From contig JAMPEJ010000006.1 of the NCBI GenBank assembly GCA_023665205.1, positions 47,513 through 111,512 of the forward strand: a stretch of 64,000 nt of DNA, read 5' to 3'. Numbering within the stretch: position 1 is the stretch's first letter; the number at the start of each line of letters is the position of its first letter. The notes beneath the pieces were generated by a model, which ran no database searches, was not told the DNA's origin, and worked only from the letters and a program-made list of their open reading frames with translations. The stretch comes from Corallococcus sp. GTDB lineage: Bacteria > Bacillota > Clostridia > Christensenellales > CAG-314. This document shows, piece by piece, positions 10,140 through 20,045 of this stretch. Made by a program: the position numbers and the translations under genes.

Positions 10140-11969
10140 TTATGCGTCGCCTTCGGGATGTAAAAAGGCGTACAATTTTTCCGCCACGGGACGGCTCATA
10201 CCTTTGACGGCAGCAATTTCCTCCACCGCTGCGGCGTTTAGTTTGTCCATTGATTTGAAATGTCTGTGCAACTCTATACGGCGTTTTTCGCCGATGCCGT
10301 CCACGTCCTGCAAAACGGACTTGACGCTGTTTTTATTGTGCAATTTGCGGAAATACGTTATCGCAAATCTGTGAGACTCGTCACGCACGTTTATAAGCAA
10401 ATTGAGCGCATAACTGTTTCGGGGCAGAACGATAGGTTCATTGCCGCTTTCCAAAGTGTATACAAGTTCCTCGCGTTTGGCTAACGACGCCAACTGCACC
10501 TTTACGCCCGATTCCTCCATTGCCTGACGCGCGTAATCCAGTTGTCCCAGCCCGCCGTCAACAACTATCAAATCCGGAGTTTTACCAAATACTCCGTCGT
10601 TTTGTTTCATCCGTTCAAAGCGGCGGCACAACACTTCTTTCATACATGCAAAGTCGTTGGCGCCCTCCACGGTTTTGATACGGAAACGGCGGTACTGCGA
10701 CGAATCCTTTTGTCCGTTGGTGAACACCACCATGCTTGCAACCTTGTCCACTCCGGAAATATTGGAAATATCGTAACATTCCACTCGCGTGGGCATTTGT
10801 TTGAGATGAAGAAAGTCTTTGAGTTGCAGAACCGCTCCTTGAGTGGAGTTGAATTTTTTGTCAATGATTGTTTGACTTTTTTGCAAATATTGCACGGCGT
10901 TGCGGTAAGACATATCTACAAGACGTTTTTTATCCTGCAATTTCGGACAGGAAACAGTAACTTTACGCCCGATTTTGCCGCCGATAAGCGCCGCAAGTTC
11001 CTCTGCGTCAGGCAATTCCAAGTTGGTGTAAATTTCGCCGCACAAATTGGCGATTTCGCAATACTCCGCCAAAAAACTGGACAAAGTCTGCGCCTCGTCC
11101 AAACCGGCGTCGGACACGGCGATATTATCGGAAAACGTAACTTTTCCGGCGCGTATCATAGTATGATTGACGACGCACGTATTACCGTTGGACGCAACTG
11201 CGAACATATCGTAATCCACAAACTTACTGAGCACTACAATACGCTGTTCCGACAATTTGTCAATAAGTCCCAAATACCGCTTGTAATTCAGAGCCTGTTC
11301 GTACATCAACTTTTGAGACGCGTCCATCATTTTGTCGTACAATACGGCTTTTACTTCGTCGTGATCGCCTTCCAAAAACTTGACCGCGCGATTGACGATT
11401 TCGCGGTACTCTTCCTTAGTCACCTTTCCTACGCAGGGAGCGCAGCAACGGCCTATGTGATAATTCAAACACGGGCGGAAATTTTTAGGCAGTTTACTAA
11501 AATTGAAATTACACGTAACGGTGGGAAAGCAAGTGCCCAAAATATCCAAAAACGCTTTAGGTCCGCCCTGTGTAAGCGGTCCGAAATACTTGCATCCGTC
11601 CTTGACCAATTTGCGCGTATGCACAAACTTAGGGTAATCGGCGTGCAAATTAACTTTGACGTACGGATACTGTTTGTCGTCCTTCAACAAAATGTTGTAA
11701 GGCGGAGTATGCTTTTTGATGAGAGTGTTTTCCAAACTCAATGCGTCGCTTTCGCTGGGCGTAATGATATAGTCGAAATCCGCCACGTGCGAAAGCATTG
11801 CCAATACCTTTTCCGTCTTGTTGGAAGAAGCATGGAAATATTGCCGTACGCGGTTTTTCAAAACCTTGGCCTTGCCCACATACAAAATGTTGCCGTCGAC
11901 GTCGTACATAATGTACACGCCGGGTTCTGCGGGCAGATTTTTAAGTTTTGTTTGAATGTCGCCTTTCAT
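10140..11969 (-). CDS. uvrC: Excinuclease ABC subunit C
   Basis: GIY-YIG N-terminus (PGVYIMYDVDGNILYVGKAKVLKNR), UvrBC domain and C-terminal HhH. Start set at the ATG of MKGDIQTKL. The track's upstream extension is Cys/Leu-rich junk. Confidence 0.9.
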   Translation of the reverse strand: MKGDIQTKLKNLPAEPGVYIMYDVDGNILYVGKAKVLKNRVRQYFHASSNKTEKVLAMLSHVADFDYIITPSESDALSLENTLIKKHTPPYNILLKDDKQYPYVKVNLHADYPKFVHTRKLVKDGCKYFGPLTQGGPKAFLDILGTCFPTVTCNFNFSKLPKNFRPCLNYHIGRCCAPCVGKVTKEEYREIVNRAVKFLEGDHDEVKAVLYDKMMDASQKLMYEQALNYKRYLGLIDKLSEQRIVVLSKFVDYDMFAVASNGNTCVVNHTMIRAGKVTFSDNIAVSDAGLDEAQTLSSFLAEYCEIANLCGEIYTNLELPDAEELAALIGGKIGRKVTVSCPKLQDKKRLVDMSYRNAVQYLQKSQTIIDKKFNSTQGAVLQLKDFLHLKQMPTRVECYDISNISGVDKVASMVVFTNGQKDSSQYRRFRIKTVEGANDFACMKEVLCRRFERMKQNDGVFGKTPDLIVVDGGLGQLDYARQAMEESGVKVQLASLAKREELVYTLESGNEPIVLPRNSYALNLLINVRDESHRFAITYFRKLHNKNSVKSVLQDVDGIGEKRRIELHRHFKSMDKLNAAAVEEIAAVKGMSRPVAEKLYAFLHPEGDA

Positions 11970-12265
11970 TGCAAATATATTATAACACAAACCGCCGCGA
12001 TATAAAATAGATAATCGACAAAATAAAACTAATTTGCTTTTGCTGTTGAGCCGCTCAAAGCAACACAATACCAAAAAGATTTTTTTTCGCGCGCACAAAA
12101 AGGCTTGACACGCCGACGCAAACTTAACTGACATAAAACGTTGAGACGGAATTTTTACCGCACAAAGGAGCGCGACCTGTTCCTATACGGTCTTCTGCAA
12201 AAATCCGAAATTAAAAAGCAACGCCGTTTTGACGTTGCCGAAAAGTTACGCTTTGTTATGCGTCG

Positions 12266-13015
12266 TCAGGTGCGTATGCGCGTACCGTTTTTGGAATAGG
12301 CCTGCAACAAACCGTTCAACGCATAATTTATTTGACGCTGTTCGTGCGCGGTACGCGTACCGTTTAAGCCGTTTTGCCGCAAAATTTGCGAAGCCTGCTG
12401 CAATGCGCCCTTGCTTACTTCGCCTTTTTTGATCTTTTTTATCTGACGGGCGACGTCGCTTGGTTTTACTCCGGCAGTAACCGCGCCGCCTTGCATTGTC
12501 GCAACGGCATTAAGCTGAGCCACAAACTTGCCGAACGTTTGACGTGCGCGTTTTTCTTTGCGCTTGAACACAAGTCTGTTTACAACAAGAACTATTGCAA
12601 ACGCCAGCCAAAACGCCGCTTGAAATACCGCATATTCGCGATGCGACGTATCGAATGCAAATATCACCGCATATACGCAGGCAACCGCCGCGCCCAACAC
12701 AACAAGCACTATTCCCGACTTTTTGTTTTTACGCGGAACAAACTCGAACGTCTGCGAAGGTCTTTCTGCGCCGCTGGCGGCATAGGCTCGCCATTGCCGG
12801 CGATATTCTTCCGGCGCGGAACACATAACGACGGCCGGTTGGCAATTGTTTTTTAACAAATTGCGACGGCAAGCGTCGATTTTTTTGTTTTGTTTACGAT
12901 AAGTATTTTTGCAAAAATTTATAATTCCGAATACCCACACAGCTAAAAATGCGGCGGGCAACACGAAAATATCGTAATCGACCAAAAAATCCCTTGCGGC
13001 AATAATAAAAGACAT
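12266..13015 (-). CDS. Hypothetical membrane protein
   Basis: GGGAGG SD 7 nt before the ATG at 13015. Three predicted TM segments. No recognised family. Confidence 0.55.
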   Translation of the reverse strand: MSFIIAARDFLVDYDIFVLPAAFLAVWVFGIINFCKNTYRKQNKKIDACRRNLLKNNCQPAVVMCSAPEEYRRQWRAYAASGAERPSQTFEFVPRKNKKSGIVLVVLGAAVACVYAVIFAFDTSHREYAVFQAAFWLAFAIVLVVNRLVFKRKEKRARQTFGKFVAQLNAVATMQGGAVTAGVKPSDVARQIKKIKKGEVSKGALQQASQILRQNGLNGTRTAHEQRQINYALNGLLQAYSKNGTRIRT

Positions 13016-13210
13016 ACAAAAAACCTCCCGTTTTGTAAGCAAAAAACCGTTTGACTAGATTATTGCCAACAAAGCGGGAAGTTACACTTGACTACATAAA
13101 TATATTGCGTTTTTATTTCTAATAATGCGCAAGTTTTGCCGGCTTACGCGCATTTATTGCAGAAAATTCGTTTTTGTAAAATTGACCGAGCGCACGGTGA
13201 ATTAAACCGT

Positions 13211-16200
13211 TCAGTTCATATCTATCAACTTGTTATCCGCAACGGACAACACGTAGCACTTTACGTCTTGTATGCCGCAAATTTTTTGCACAGCCAAACG
13301 GTAACTTTTAAGTTGCGCTTGATAGTTTTTCCTCACCAAATCGCTGCGCGAAGTATACTTGAAGTCCACCACCGTTGCGCTGCCGTTACCCAGCACTAAC
13401 AAGTCGATAACGCCCTGCAACATAACGTCGTCGCTAAAACGTTTGTCTACGGCAACCTCGTCGTACGGAACGTACAGCATAAACGGCAGTTCGTGATAAA
13501 CCTTGCCCTGCGACATAATTTTGCGTAATTCGGAGTTGTTAAGCGTAGCGTATATCAACTCCAAGTCCAGTTTTTCCGCATACTGTTTATCAATTTTGCA
13601 GTTGTTTACCAAAAAATCTATTGTGGCTTGAATTTCCGTTTTGTCCGCATCGTAATTGACGTATTGATAGACTTTGTGATACGCGGTACCGACAAAGTTG
13701 CGGTCGGAATTGTCTTCCAGCACGTAATCGGCGCGGCTTTCGTCCACGTCCAAAAATTCCTTGTCCAAAGCCGAACTGACGATTTTGGTCGGCATCTTCG
13801 TTTGCTGCTCGAAAGGATATTTCCACGAAAGCGCAGCTTTAACCGCAGCCTCATCCGTGTACTGATGACACAACAGATTGTGCGACGGAAAAAGAACCGC
13901 ATTTTCTTTCTGCTCCGTTACCGTTATACGCTCGTCCGTTTGCGCTTGCAAAAAGTTACCGTACTTTGTTTTCAATGCAGTCAATATCCAATCTATATGA
14001 CTGTTCGCGGAAGTCGGCTGTTTGACTACTGCGGAAGTCAACTGTTTTCGCGATACCGTCCCCACGATATCCAATGCAAATTCCGCTCGGGTCATGGCTA
14101 CGTATAGCAAACGCATTTCTTCTTCCTGCTGCTTGACGCGGTTGAACATTCCGCAAGCGGTAGTCCCCAAAGTGTTTGCCACGCGCATAGAGTCAAAATC
14201 GTAGTAGCGAGTTGCCAACCCCAACTCGGCATTTCGTTCCACGGACGGACGATCCGTAACAAAATGCGTTTCCGTACCCGCAACGATAACGACGGGAAAC
14301 TCCAAACCTTTGCTTGCGTGCATAGTCATTATTCGGACGGCATCGGTATCCGTAATACCTTCATCGGCACGGGTATCCTCCGTTTCGTCCAAATAAGCGA
14401 GAAATTTGTCCACGCTTTGAGCGTAAGACGCTCCTTTCAGTCCGTCTATAAACGCGTACAGTTTGCGAAGCCTCAACGCTCCGTTAGGCAGTCCCTGCAC
14501 GTACAAATGAAAATCCGTTTCCGCAAGCGCTTTAAGCGCCAATTCGTCTACGGTAGCCCCGTAGGAATAAAACCGCAGTTTTTCCAACAACCGCAACAGC
14601 GATGCGGTCTTCTGCGCCAATTCGCTCGATTGTTCGCGTTGCAAAAACAACTGCATACGAACGTAAAACGGCACGCGGGATTTTTCCTGCGTGGCAATCT
14701 TTATCTGTGCAAGTTGACTTTCGTTGAATCCGCCTATTGGCGACAAACAAAGCCCAACGGCGTACACGTCGCAAAACGGATTGTCTATTACACGCAGCAG
14801 AGTTATTACGTCCCGAACTTCCTTGTTGGCATATCCCGCCGTTTTGAAATTGGCGGCAACGGGTACGTTGCGTTCCACAAGCGCATTGTAAATATCCGCG
14901 GCGCGGTCTTTAAGCGAACGCATAAGTATTACAACGTCTCCGTAGCCTATACGTCTTTCTTTACCGAATTTATCAACGTAATGCTGCCCCACAAACTCCG
15001 AAATCCTTTTGGCTATCAGATCGCCTTGCGTAGCGTAATTGCTCTCCTCAGCGTCCTTGGTTACGTCGTATATTTCGTCGATTTCGCGCTTTTCCTTTTC
15101 GCCCTTTACCACAAAATCTATCTGCACGGACGGAACGGCAAGGCAAGGCGGAGTTGATCCCGATAATTGCGCCGTATCGCGATAGTCCACTTTGCCGAAA
15201 TCCCGCGTCATGACCGCGCAAAAAACCTCGTTGACAAAACGCAATATTTCGCCGTTGCTGCGGAAGTTGGAATTGAGTTCCTCCACTTTTCCGACGCCGC
15301 CGTTTTTGTAATCTTGGTATTTTTGCAAAAATATTGTCGGTTCGCATCCGCGAAAACCGTATATGCTCTGTTTGACGTCGCCTACGGTAAACAATTGCGC
15401 GCCCTCGGAAAGTTTGGCGATTATGCCTTCCTGTACGGGGTTTATGTCTTGATATTCGTCGACAAAAACGTACTTATAATGCTCGCGAATCTCCGCTGCA
15501 GTCTCGGCGTCTTCAAACAATTTCAAAGTCAGGTGTTCCAAATCGTTGAAATCCAAACCGCCGCATTGTTTTTTAAGCGCAAAATACGCTTCGTCAAAAC
15601 GCAGCAGAATTTCCACGAGCTTGTCCGTAACTTCGGTCGCCTGCCGTGTTTCCTCCCACAAGACGTCCAAAGTCAAACCGCGACAAAGACGGCCGTATTT
15701 TTCCTTTAACGATTTCAATTCCGCACGAATTTCCTCAAAATCCGAGCGCACGCTCTCCTCCGTTTCCTTATCCGCGCCGAAATCTTTGTCCGAACGACGC
15801 GGCAAAGTTACGGGAGAAAATTTAGCTACAAAAAACATAGCCTCTTGCAAATCGGACGTATTGAGTTCCTGCAAAATTTCCGCATTGCGCACAAACGTTG
15901 CGGCAAAATCCGTCAATCCCGCTTCCTCGCTGCGTTTAGCAAGCGTCTTCAACTGCTCCTTGCAATATTCCGCCGTTTGACAAATATCTGTAAGTACAGT
16001 TTTGATAACGGGATTATCCGGCGTTTTTTCCAAAAAATTTTGACGTTTTTGCCCATACCACTCTGCAAAATTTTGCCTGCAACGGGAAAAATTGTGCAAA
16101 TTCAAAAGCGTTTTTTTGAAATTTTCCTCACTGCGGTGCGTAGAAAAAATTCTGTACACTCGCCAGAACTTTTGGTCGCCGCCTTTGAGGTACTCTCTGA

Positions 16201-16606
16201 ACAAATCGTCCAAAGCCTGCCTTTGCAGTGCCGAAACAGTCAAGTCGTCCAGTATTGCAAACGCCGGATCTATATTCGCAACGTAAAAATAGTTGCGCAA
16301 AAGTTCGCTGCAAAAGGAATGCAAAGTGGATATGCTTGCGTTATCCAAGCGCTCCAACTGCTCTACCATACGCTTGCTATTGCGCTTTTCGGCAAGTTTC
16401 AAAGAAAGACGTTTCTTCATTTCGGCGGCGGCAAGATTGGTAAACGTGACTACCGCCAATTCCGAAATATCAGCGCCTTCTTCGATAAGCGCCGCAATGC
16501 GTTCTATCATTACGGTGGTCTTTCCGGTACCGGCCGAAGCGGAAACCAACATATTTCCGCCGCGGTAATCTATTACGTTTTGCTGTTGAGGTGTGTATTT
16601 CGCCAT
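13211..16606 (-). CDS. addA: ATP-dependent helicase/nuclease subunit A
   Basis: UvrD-like helicase with Walker A (ASAGTGKTTVM), DEYQD box, and a C-terminal PD-(D/E)xK-like nuclease (VVDFKY). Confidence 0.9.
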   Translation of the reverse strand: MAKYTPQQQNVIDYRGGNMLVSASAGTGKTTVMIERIAALIEEGADISELAVVTFTNLAAAEMKKRLSLKLAEKRNSKRMVEQLERLDNASISTLHSFCSELLRNYFYVANIDPAFAILDDLTVSALQRQALDDLFREYLKGGDQKFWRVYRIFSTHRSEENFKKTLLNLHNFSRCRQNFAEWYGQKRQNFLEKTPDNPVIKTVLTDICQTAEYCKEQLKTLAKRSEEAGLTDFAATFVRNAEILQELNTSDLQEAMFFVAKFSPVTLPRRSDKDFGADKETEESVRSDFEEIRAELKSLKEKYGRLCRGLTLDVLWEETRQATEVTDKLVEILLRFDEAYFALKKQCGGLDFNDLEHLTLKLFEDAETAAEIREHYKYVFVDEYQDINPVQEGIIAKLSEGAQLFTVGDVKQSIYGFRGCEPTIFLQKYQDYKNGGVGKVEELNSNFRSNGEILRFVNEVFCAVMTRDFGKVDYRDTAQLSGSTPPCLAVPSVQIDFVVKGEKEKREIDEIYDVTKDAEESNYATQGDLIAKRISEFVGQHYVDKFGKERRIGYGDVVILMRSLKDRAADIYNALVERNVPVAANFKTAGYANKEVRDVITLLRVIDNPFCDVYAVGLCLSPIGGFNESQLAQIKIATQEKSRVPFYVRMQLFLQREQSSELAQKTASLLRLLEKLRFYSYGATVDELALKALAETDFHLYVQGLPNGALRLRKLYAFIDGLKGASYAQSVDKFLAYLDETEDTRADEGITDTDAVRIMTMHASKGLEFPVVIVAGTETHFVTDRPSVERNAELGLATRYYDFDSMRVANTLGTTACGMFNRVKQQEEEMRLLYVAMTRAEFALDIVGTVSRKQLTSAVVKQPTSANSHIDWILTALKTKYGNFLQAQTDERITVTEQKENAVLFPSHNLLCHQYTDEAAVKAALSWKYPFEQQTKMPTKIVSSALDKEFLDVDESRADYVLEDNSDRNFVGTAYHKVYQYVNYDADKTEIQATIDFLVNNCKIDKQYAEKLDLELIYATLNNSELRKIMSQGKVYHELPFMLYVPYDEVAVDKRFSDDVMLQGVIDLLVLGNGSATVVDFKYTSRSDLVRKNYQAQLKSYRLAVQKICGIQDVKCYVLSVADNKLIDMN

Positions 16607-19600
16607 TTTTCCACCGTTTTGTCTATCGTATCTTTATCCACCGAATCCGTAACTTCGCGTGCGTCGTAAACAAATACGTCGCCGAAGTCGCATACGTCTT
16701 TGTAATCGCAATATCCGCAAGCGCCTTTGTACGGAGATACCGCCGCATAACCTTGCCGCATAAGTTGTCCCGCTTGCTTTATCATCTCGACGGAATACTC
16801 CATTTGATTTTGGAATTGTTCCGCTTCCAACAGTTTGCCGCCTATTCGGCTTAAGGTTCCGTCTTTTTTAAGTTTAATACCCAATTTTTTACTTTCGCCG
16901 TCGCGTTGAAAACTTTTGTCCAACGCCATAACGGTTTCCGCGTCGTTTAACGTGCGGCCGTTGTACGAATAGACTTTATCTTTATTCACGTCGGTAAAAT
17001 TATCGTGCATATTAAAATAGTAAAACCCTGCCGGTTCAAACCCGTAAAAAGTCTGCACGGCTTTGAGATAAACCAACAATTGCAGTTTGTGTCCGACATA
17101 CAAATCTTTTTCGGAAAAATTTGCCGCAGCCGCACCGCTTTTGTAGTCTATTACGATAAACTTGCCGTCCTTTACGTCTACACGGTCGATCTTACCTATC
17201 AACAAAAATTTACCGCCGCCAAAGTTCACTTCTACCGGGGGCAACTGCTCTTTGCTGCCGAAAGCCAATTCCGTTTCCAAATTTACGAAGTCCGAAGCAA
17301 CCAACTGCTTCTTCACTTCCGCGCACATACGCAACGATTCGTTTTTCAATTGTTCCAAAGCACCGTTTAACTGCGGATTGTTGCGCATGCCTCGGTAATA
17401 ATCGTCGGACAAAGCCTGTTCAAAGCACTTTTCCGCATGAACGCGGATTTGCTCGTCGGTTTCCTCGATCGCCATGTCGCGCACGTACAGTTCCAAAACG
17501 GCGTGCAAAATATTGCCCAAGTCCGCCGAATCGAGATTTGCGACGTCGCGCGGCTTGACGCCCAATCCGTATTGTAAGTAAAATCTGTACGGACATTTGT
17601 AAAAGTCCGTCAACTTGGATACGCTGGTTTCAAAATTTTTGAGATACAGTTTTTCGCCGTTACCGACAGTCACTTTTTTGCCGTCCTTTACGTGACGGAA
17701 CTTTTCCGCAACTGCGCCGTATCGTTTCGATAGTAATTCGTATGCAGGCATTTTGACGGGTTGATTATCCGCAAGTTTACGCGTATTCAAAACGACTTTC
17801 GACAAGGCCTGTTTTTCGGTATAAACTTCCTCGTCCGCCACGCTCTTAGGCGAAAGAGGTTCGCCGCCTACGCAAAACAGAGTTTGCAATTCTCCGACAA
17901 AGGGCGACGGAGAAAGAACGTCCGAGCCGTCGGTTTGAGCGTAGGAAACGTACAGTTTTCGCGCAGGTTCCAATAACAATTGAAACAAACTGAACCGTTC
18001 GCGCTTATTTTCCGTAAACACCTGCGGTTCCACGTTTACGCCGCAAGCGGTCAACTCCGCCATATTTCGGTCGGAGAACAGTTTATTATCGCCCTTGACA
18101 ATGGGCATCGCGCCCATATTTGCCCCCAAAAGAGCCAAAAATTCTATGTCGTGTTTGCGGGCCTTTGCCATATTGGCAAAAACGACGCAATCGTTGGAAA
18201 CGGGAATAACGGAAATTTTGACGGAGGAAATTGCAGCGGACAGCATTTTCAAAAAATCTTCCGCCTTAACGAATCTACCGCCCAAAACCGCCTCCGCCTG
18301 AGCCAAAACCTCGTCGAACTTTTGCTGCGCCTGCAAAGTCACTTTGCTTTCGAACTCCAATCCCGCAGCCTGCTGCTGCAAAGAAAACGCGGCGTTACGC
18401 TCGTTAAGATCGCTTATTGCAATAAGATTCCGTATGCCGTCGATATACTCGACAGCCGGCGCCGCAGCAGCAAATCCCGCCTTTTTATACAAATCGTCAA
18501 ACTTTTTCCCAAACCTTTGCGCTTGCGGGAAATATTCTTCCGTCTGACCCAAATTTAATTGCGAATAGTCGTAGGAAACGTTATATTTCAAACAATAATT
18601 TTCAAAATGGAATACGTCGTCGCAATCCTCAACAACACCGTCTTGCGCAAACTGACCGCAAAACAGACAGTTTTTGACAAACGGTAGCACGTAGGGCAAT
18701 TTAGCGTTGTTGCGACACAACGAAAAGTAATCCAAAACAAAACGCGCATACGGATGATCTGCCAGACAAAACTGCCTGTCGCAAAAATACGGAATATCGA
18801 ATTCTTCAAATACGGTAGCGATAGCATTTGAATACTTGTCTATATCGCTTGTGACGACGTAAACGTCCTTGAAACGACCGCCGCCGCGCACGTATCTTTG
18901 AATATTGCAAGCCAACGCATACACTTCCTGAACGCGCGTCGTTCCGCAAAAAAGTTCCGCAAAACCGTCGTTTTCCAACGGATTGGGATTACCGTAGCGA
19001 AACATATTCTCGCCGATTTGTCGCGTATGCGAATTTGCATATGCAACCTCTTCCACGACGTGCGGAGTTATACCGTTTGCACGACAGATATTCATAACGC
19101 CGTTGAAAATATCGTTTAAGTAGAGATACTTGTCCTTTTCGCCGCCTACGCAGCACGCTACGGTCACGGAACGCGCGCACAAAGCCAACTGCTCCACAAG
19201 GGCAAGTTCCTGCGCGGAAAAATTGTCGAAATCGTACAAGAAAAAGTGACCGTTTTTAATTTGTTCGGCATTTGGGATAGCATAGCGCAACAAGTCCATT
19301 TTATCGGCGGAATCGATAAATTTGTCCGCAGCGTAATCGCAATAAGCGCGGTAAAGCAAAGCGACGTCCTGCGCCTTGCCGGCAACGCCTTTGGGCAAAT
19401 CCTGACGCGTAAGCGTTTCCGGCGATATACGGCAGTACTTCAACATACTTATCGTTTCGTACATATCGGAAACAAAACCCTCCGTTTCCACGCCTTTGGT
19501 AAAACATGTCAAACGGCTTTTATTGTCCTGAATGATCCCCGCAAGCGCCATTATGCCCGCCTGTTTGGATAAATAATCGTACTTGGGCAAAATTTCATTG

Positions 19601-19803
19601 GCAAGGCGACGGAAAGTGCGCACCTGCACGTTGAAACTGCCGCCAACCGCGGCAAGCAACGCGCGTTCGGCCTCCAAAGAAGCGCGATCGGGCACAATTA
19701 CCGTGTACAAAACGTCAAGGTTGGTTTTGTCCACGCGTTTAAGTTCCTTTGCCACCATCTGCGCGGCATTTTTCATTGAGTTGGTTTTGAATATCGTTAT
19801 CAT
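16573..19803 (-). CDS. addB: ATP-dependent helicase/deoxyribonuclease subunit B (RexB-like, no Walker A)
   Basis: Overlaps the addA start by 34 nt. C-terminal nuclease with the iron-staple cysteines (CPYRFY... and CGYCDYKDVC, i.e. C-x2-C-x5-C). The N-terminus lacks GxGKT. Start set at ATG 19803. Confidence 0.85.
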   Translation of the reverse strand: MITIFKTNSMKNAAQMVAKELKRVDKTNLDVLYTVIVPDRASLEAERALLAAVGGSFNVQVRTFRRLANEILPKYDYLSKQAGIMALAGIIQDNKSRLTCFTKGVETEGFVSDMYETISMLKYCRISPETLTRQDLPKGVAGKAQDVALLYRAYCDYAADKFIDSADKMDLLRYAIPNAEQIKNGHFFLYDFDNFSAQELALVEQLALCARSVTVACCVGGEKDKYLYLNDIFNGVMNICRANGITPHVVEEVAYANSHTRQIGENMFRYGNPNPLENDGFAELFCGTTRVQEVYALACNIQRYVRGGGRFKDVYVVTSDIDKYSNAIATVFEEFDIPYFCDRQFCLADHPYARFVLDYFSLCRNNAKLPYVLPFVKNCLFCGQFAQDGVVEDCDDVFHFENYCLKYNVSYDYSQLNLGQTEEYFPQAQRFGKKFDDLYKKAGFAAAAPAVEYIDGIRNLIAISDLNERNAAFSLQQQAAGLEFESKVTLQAQQKFDEVLAQAEAVLGGRFVKAEDFLKMLSAAISSVKISVIPVSNDCVVFANMAKARKHDIEFLALLGANMGAMPIVKGDNKLFSDRNMAELTACGVNVEPQVFTENKRERFSLFQLLLEPARKLYVSYAQTDGSDVLSPSPFVGELQTLFCVGGEPLSPKSVADEEVYTEKQALSKVVLNTRKLADNQPVKMPAYELLSKRYGAVAEKFRHVKDGKKVTVGNGEKLYLKNFETSVSKLTDFYKCPYRFYLQYGLGVKPRDVANLDSADLGNILHAVLELYVRDMAIEETDEQIRVHAEKCFEQALSDDYYRGMRNNPQLNGALEQLKNESLRMCAEVKKQLVASDFVNLETELAFGSKEQLPPVEVNFGGGKFLLIGKIDRVDVKDGKFIVIDYKSGAAAANFSEKDLYVGHKLQLLVYLKAVQTFYGFEPAGFYYFNMHDNFTDVNKDKVYSYNGRTLNDAETVMALDKSFQRDGESKKLGIKLKKDGTLSRIGGKLLEAEQFQNQMEYSVEMIKQAGQLMRQGYAAVSPYKGACGYCDYKDVCDFGDVFVYDAREVTDSVDKDTIDKTVEKWRNTHLNSKT

Positions 19804-19812
19804 ACCGCAAAT

Positions 19813-19841
19813 ATTGTACCACAATTTACGCGTATTTTCAA
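19813..19841 (-). promoter_or_regulatory. Strong sigma-A-type promoter for addBA
   Basis: Minus strand: TTGAAA (19841..19836), 17 nt, TGgTACAAT (extended -10, hexamer 19818..19813). ATG lies 9 nt downstream with no SD. Confidence 0.55.
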
Positions 19842-20045
19842 CTGCGCGATTTTCAGGTTAGATACAACTTTCCAATAACAGTTGGCAAGGGCGTTTTTGT
19901 GTGATATAATACAGTCACCGTAGCGGACCGTACGGAAAACTACGGACAAACTGCGGCATTCCGCAAAACAACCGCAACGCGCATTTTACCCTTATTTGCG
20001 CAACCGTTGATAACAAACAAAAATCCAAATTCGGAGAATATAAAA

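Noticed and set aside
10542-12005. A 487-aa plus-strand ORF antisense to uvrC. Similar long antisense ORFs occur at 23551..24900 (ftsH), 28873..29832 (parB), 14264..15157 and 15845..16669 (addA), 33218..33895 (mnmG), 36172..36924 (jag/yidC), 55645..56325 (MATE) and 60804..61703 (lipoprotein).
   Set aside because: I checked the arithmetic for each. Every one lies in exact codon register with the sense gene, since the coordinate differences are multiples of 3. They therefore only require the sense gene to avoid TTA, CTA and TCA codons, which is a codon-usage effect. The sense genes have unmistakable family motifs. The antisense products are R/F/V/H-rich with no motifs or SDs.
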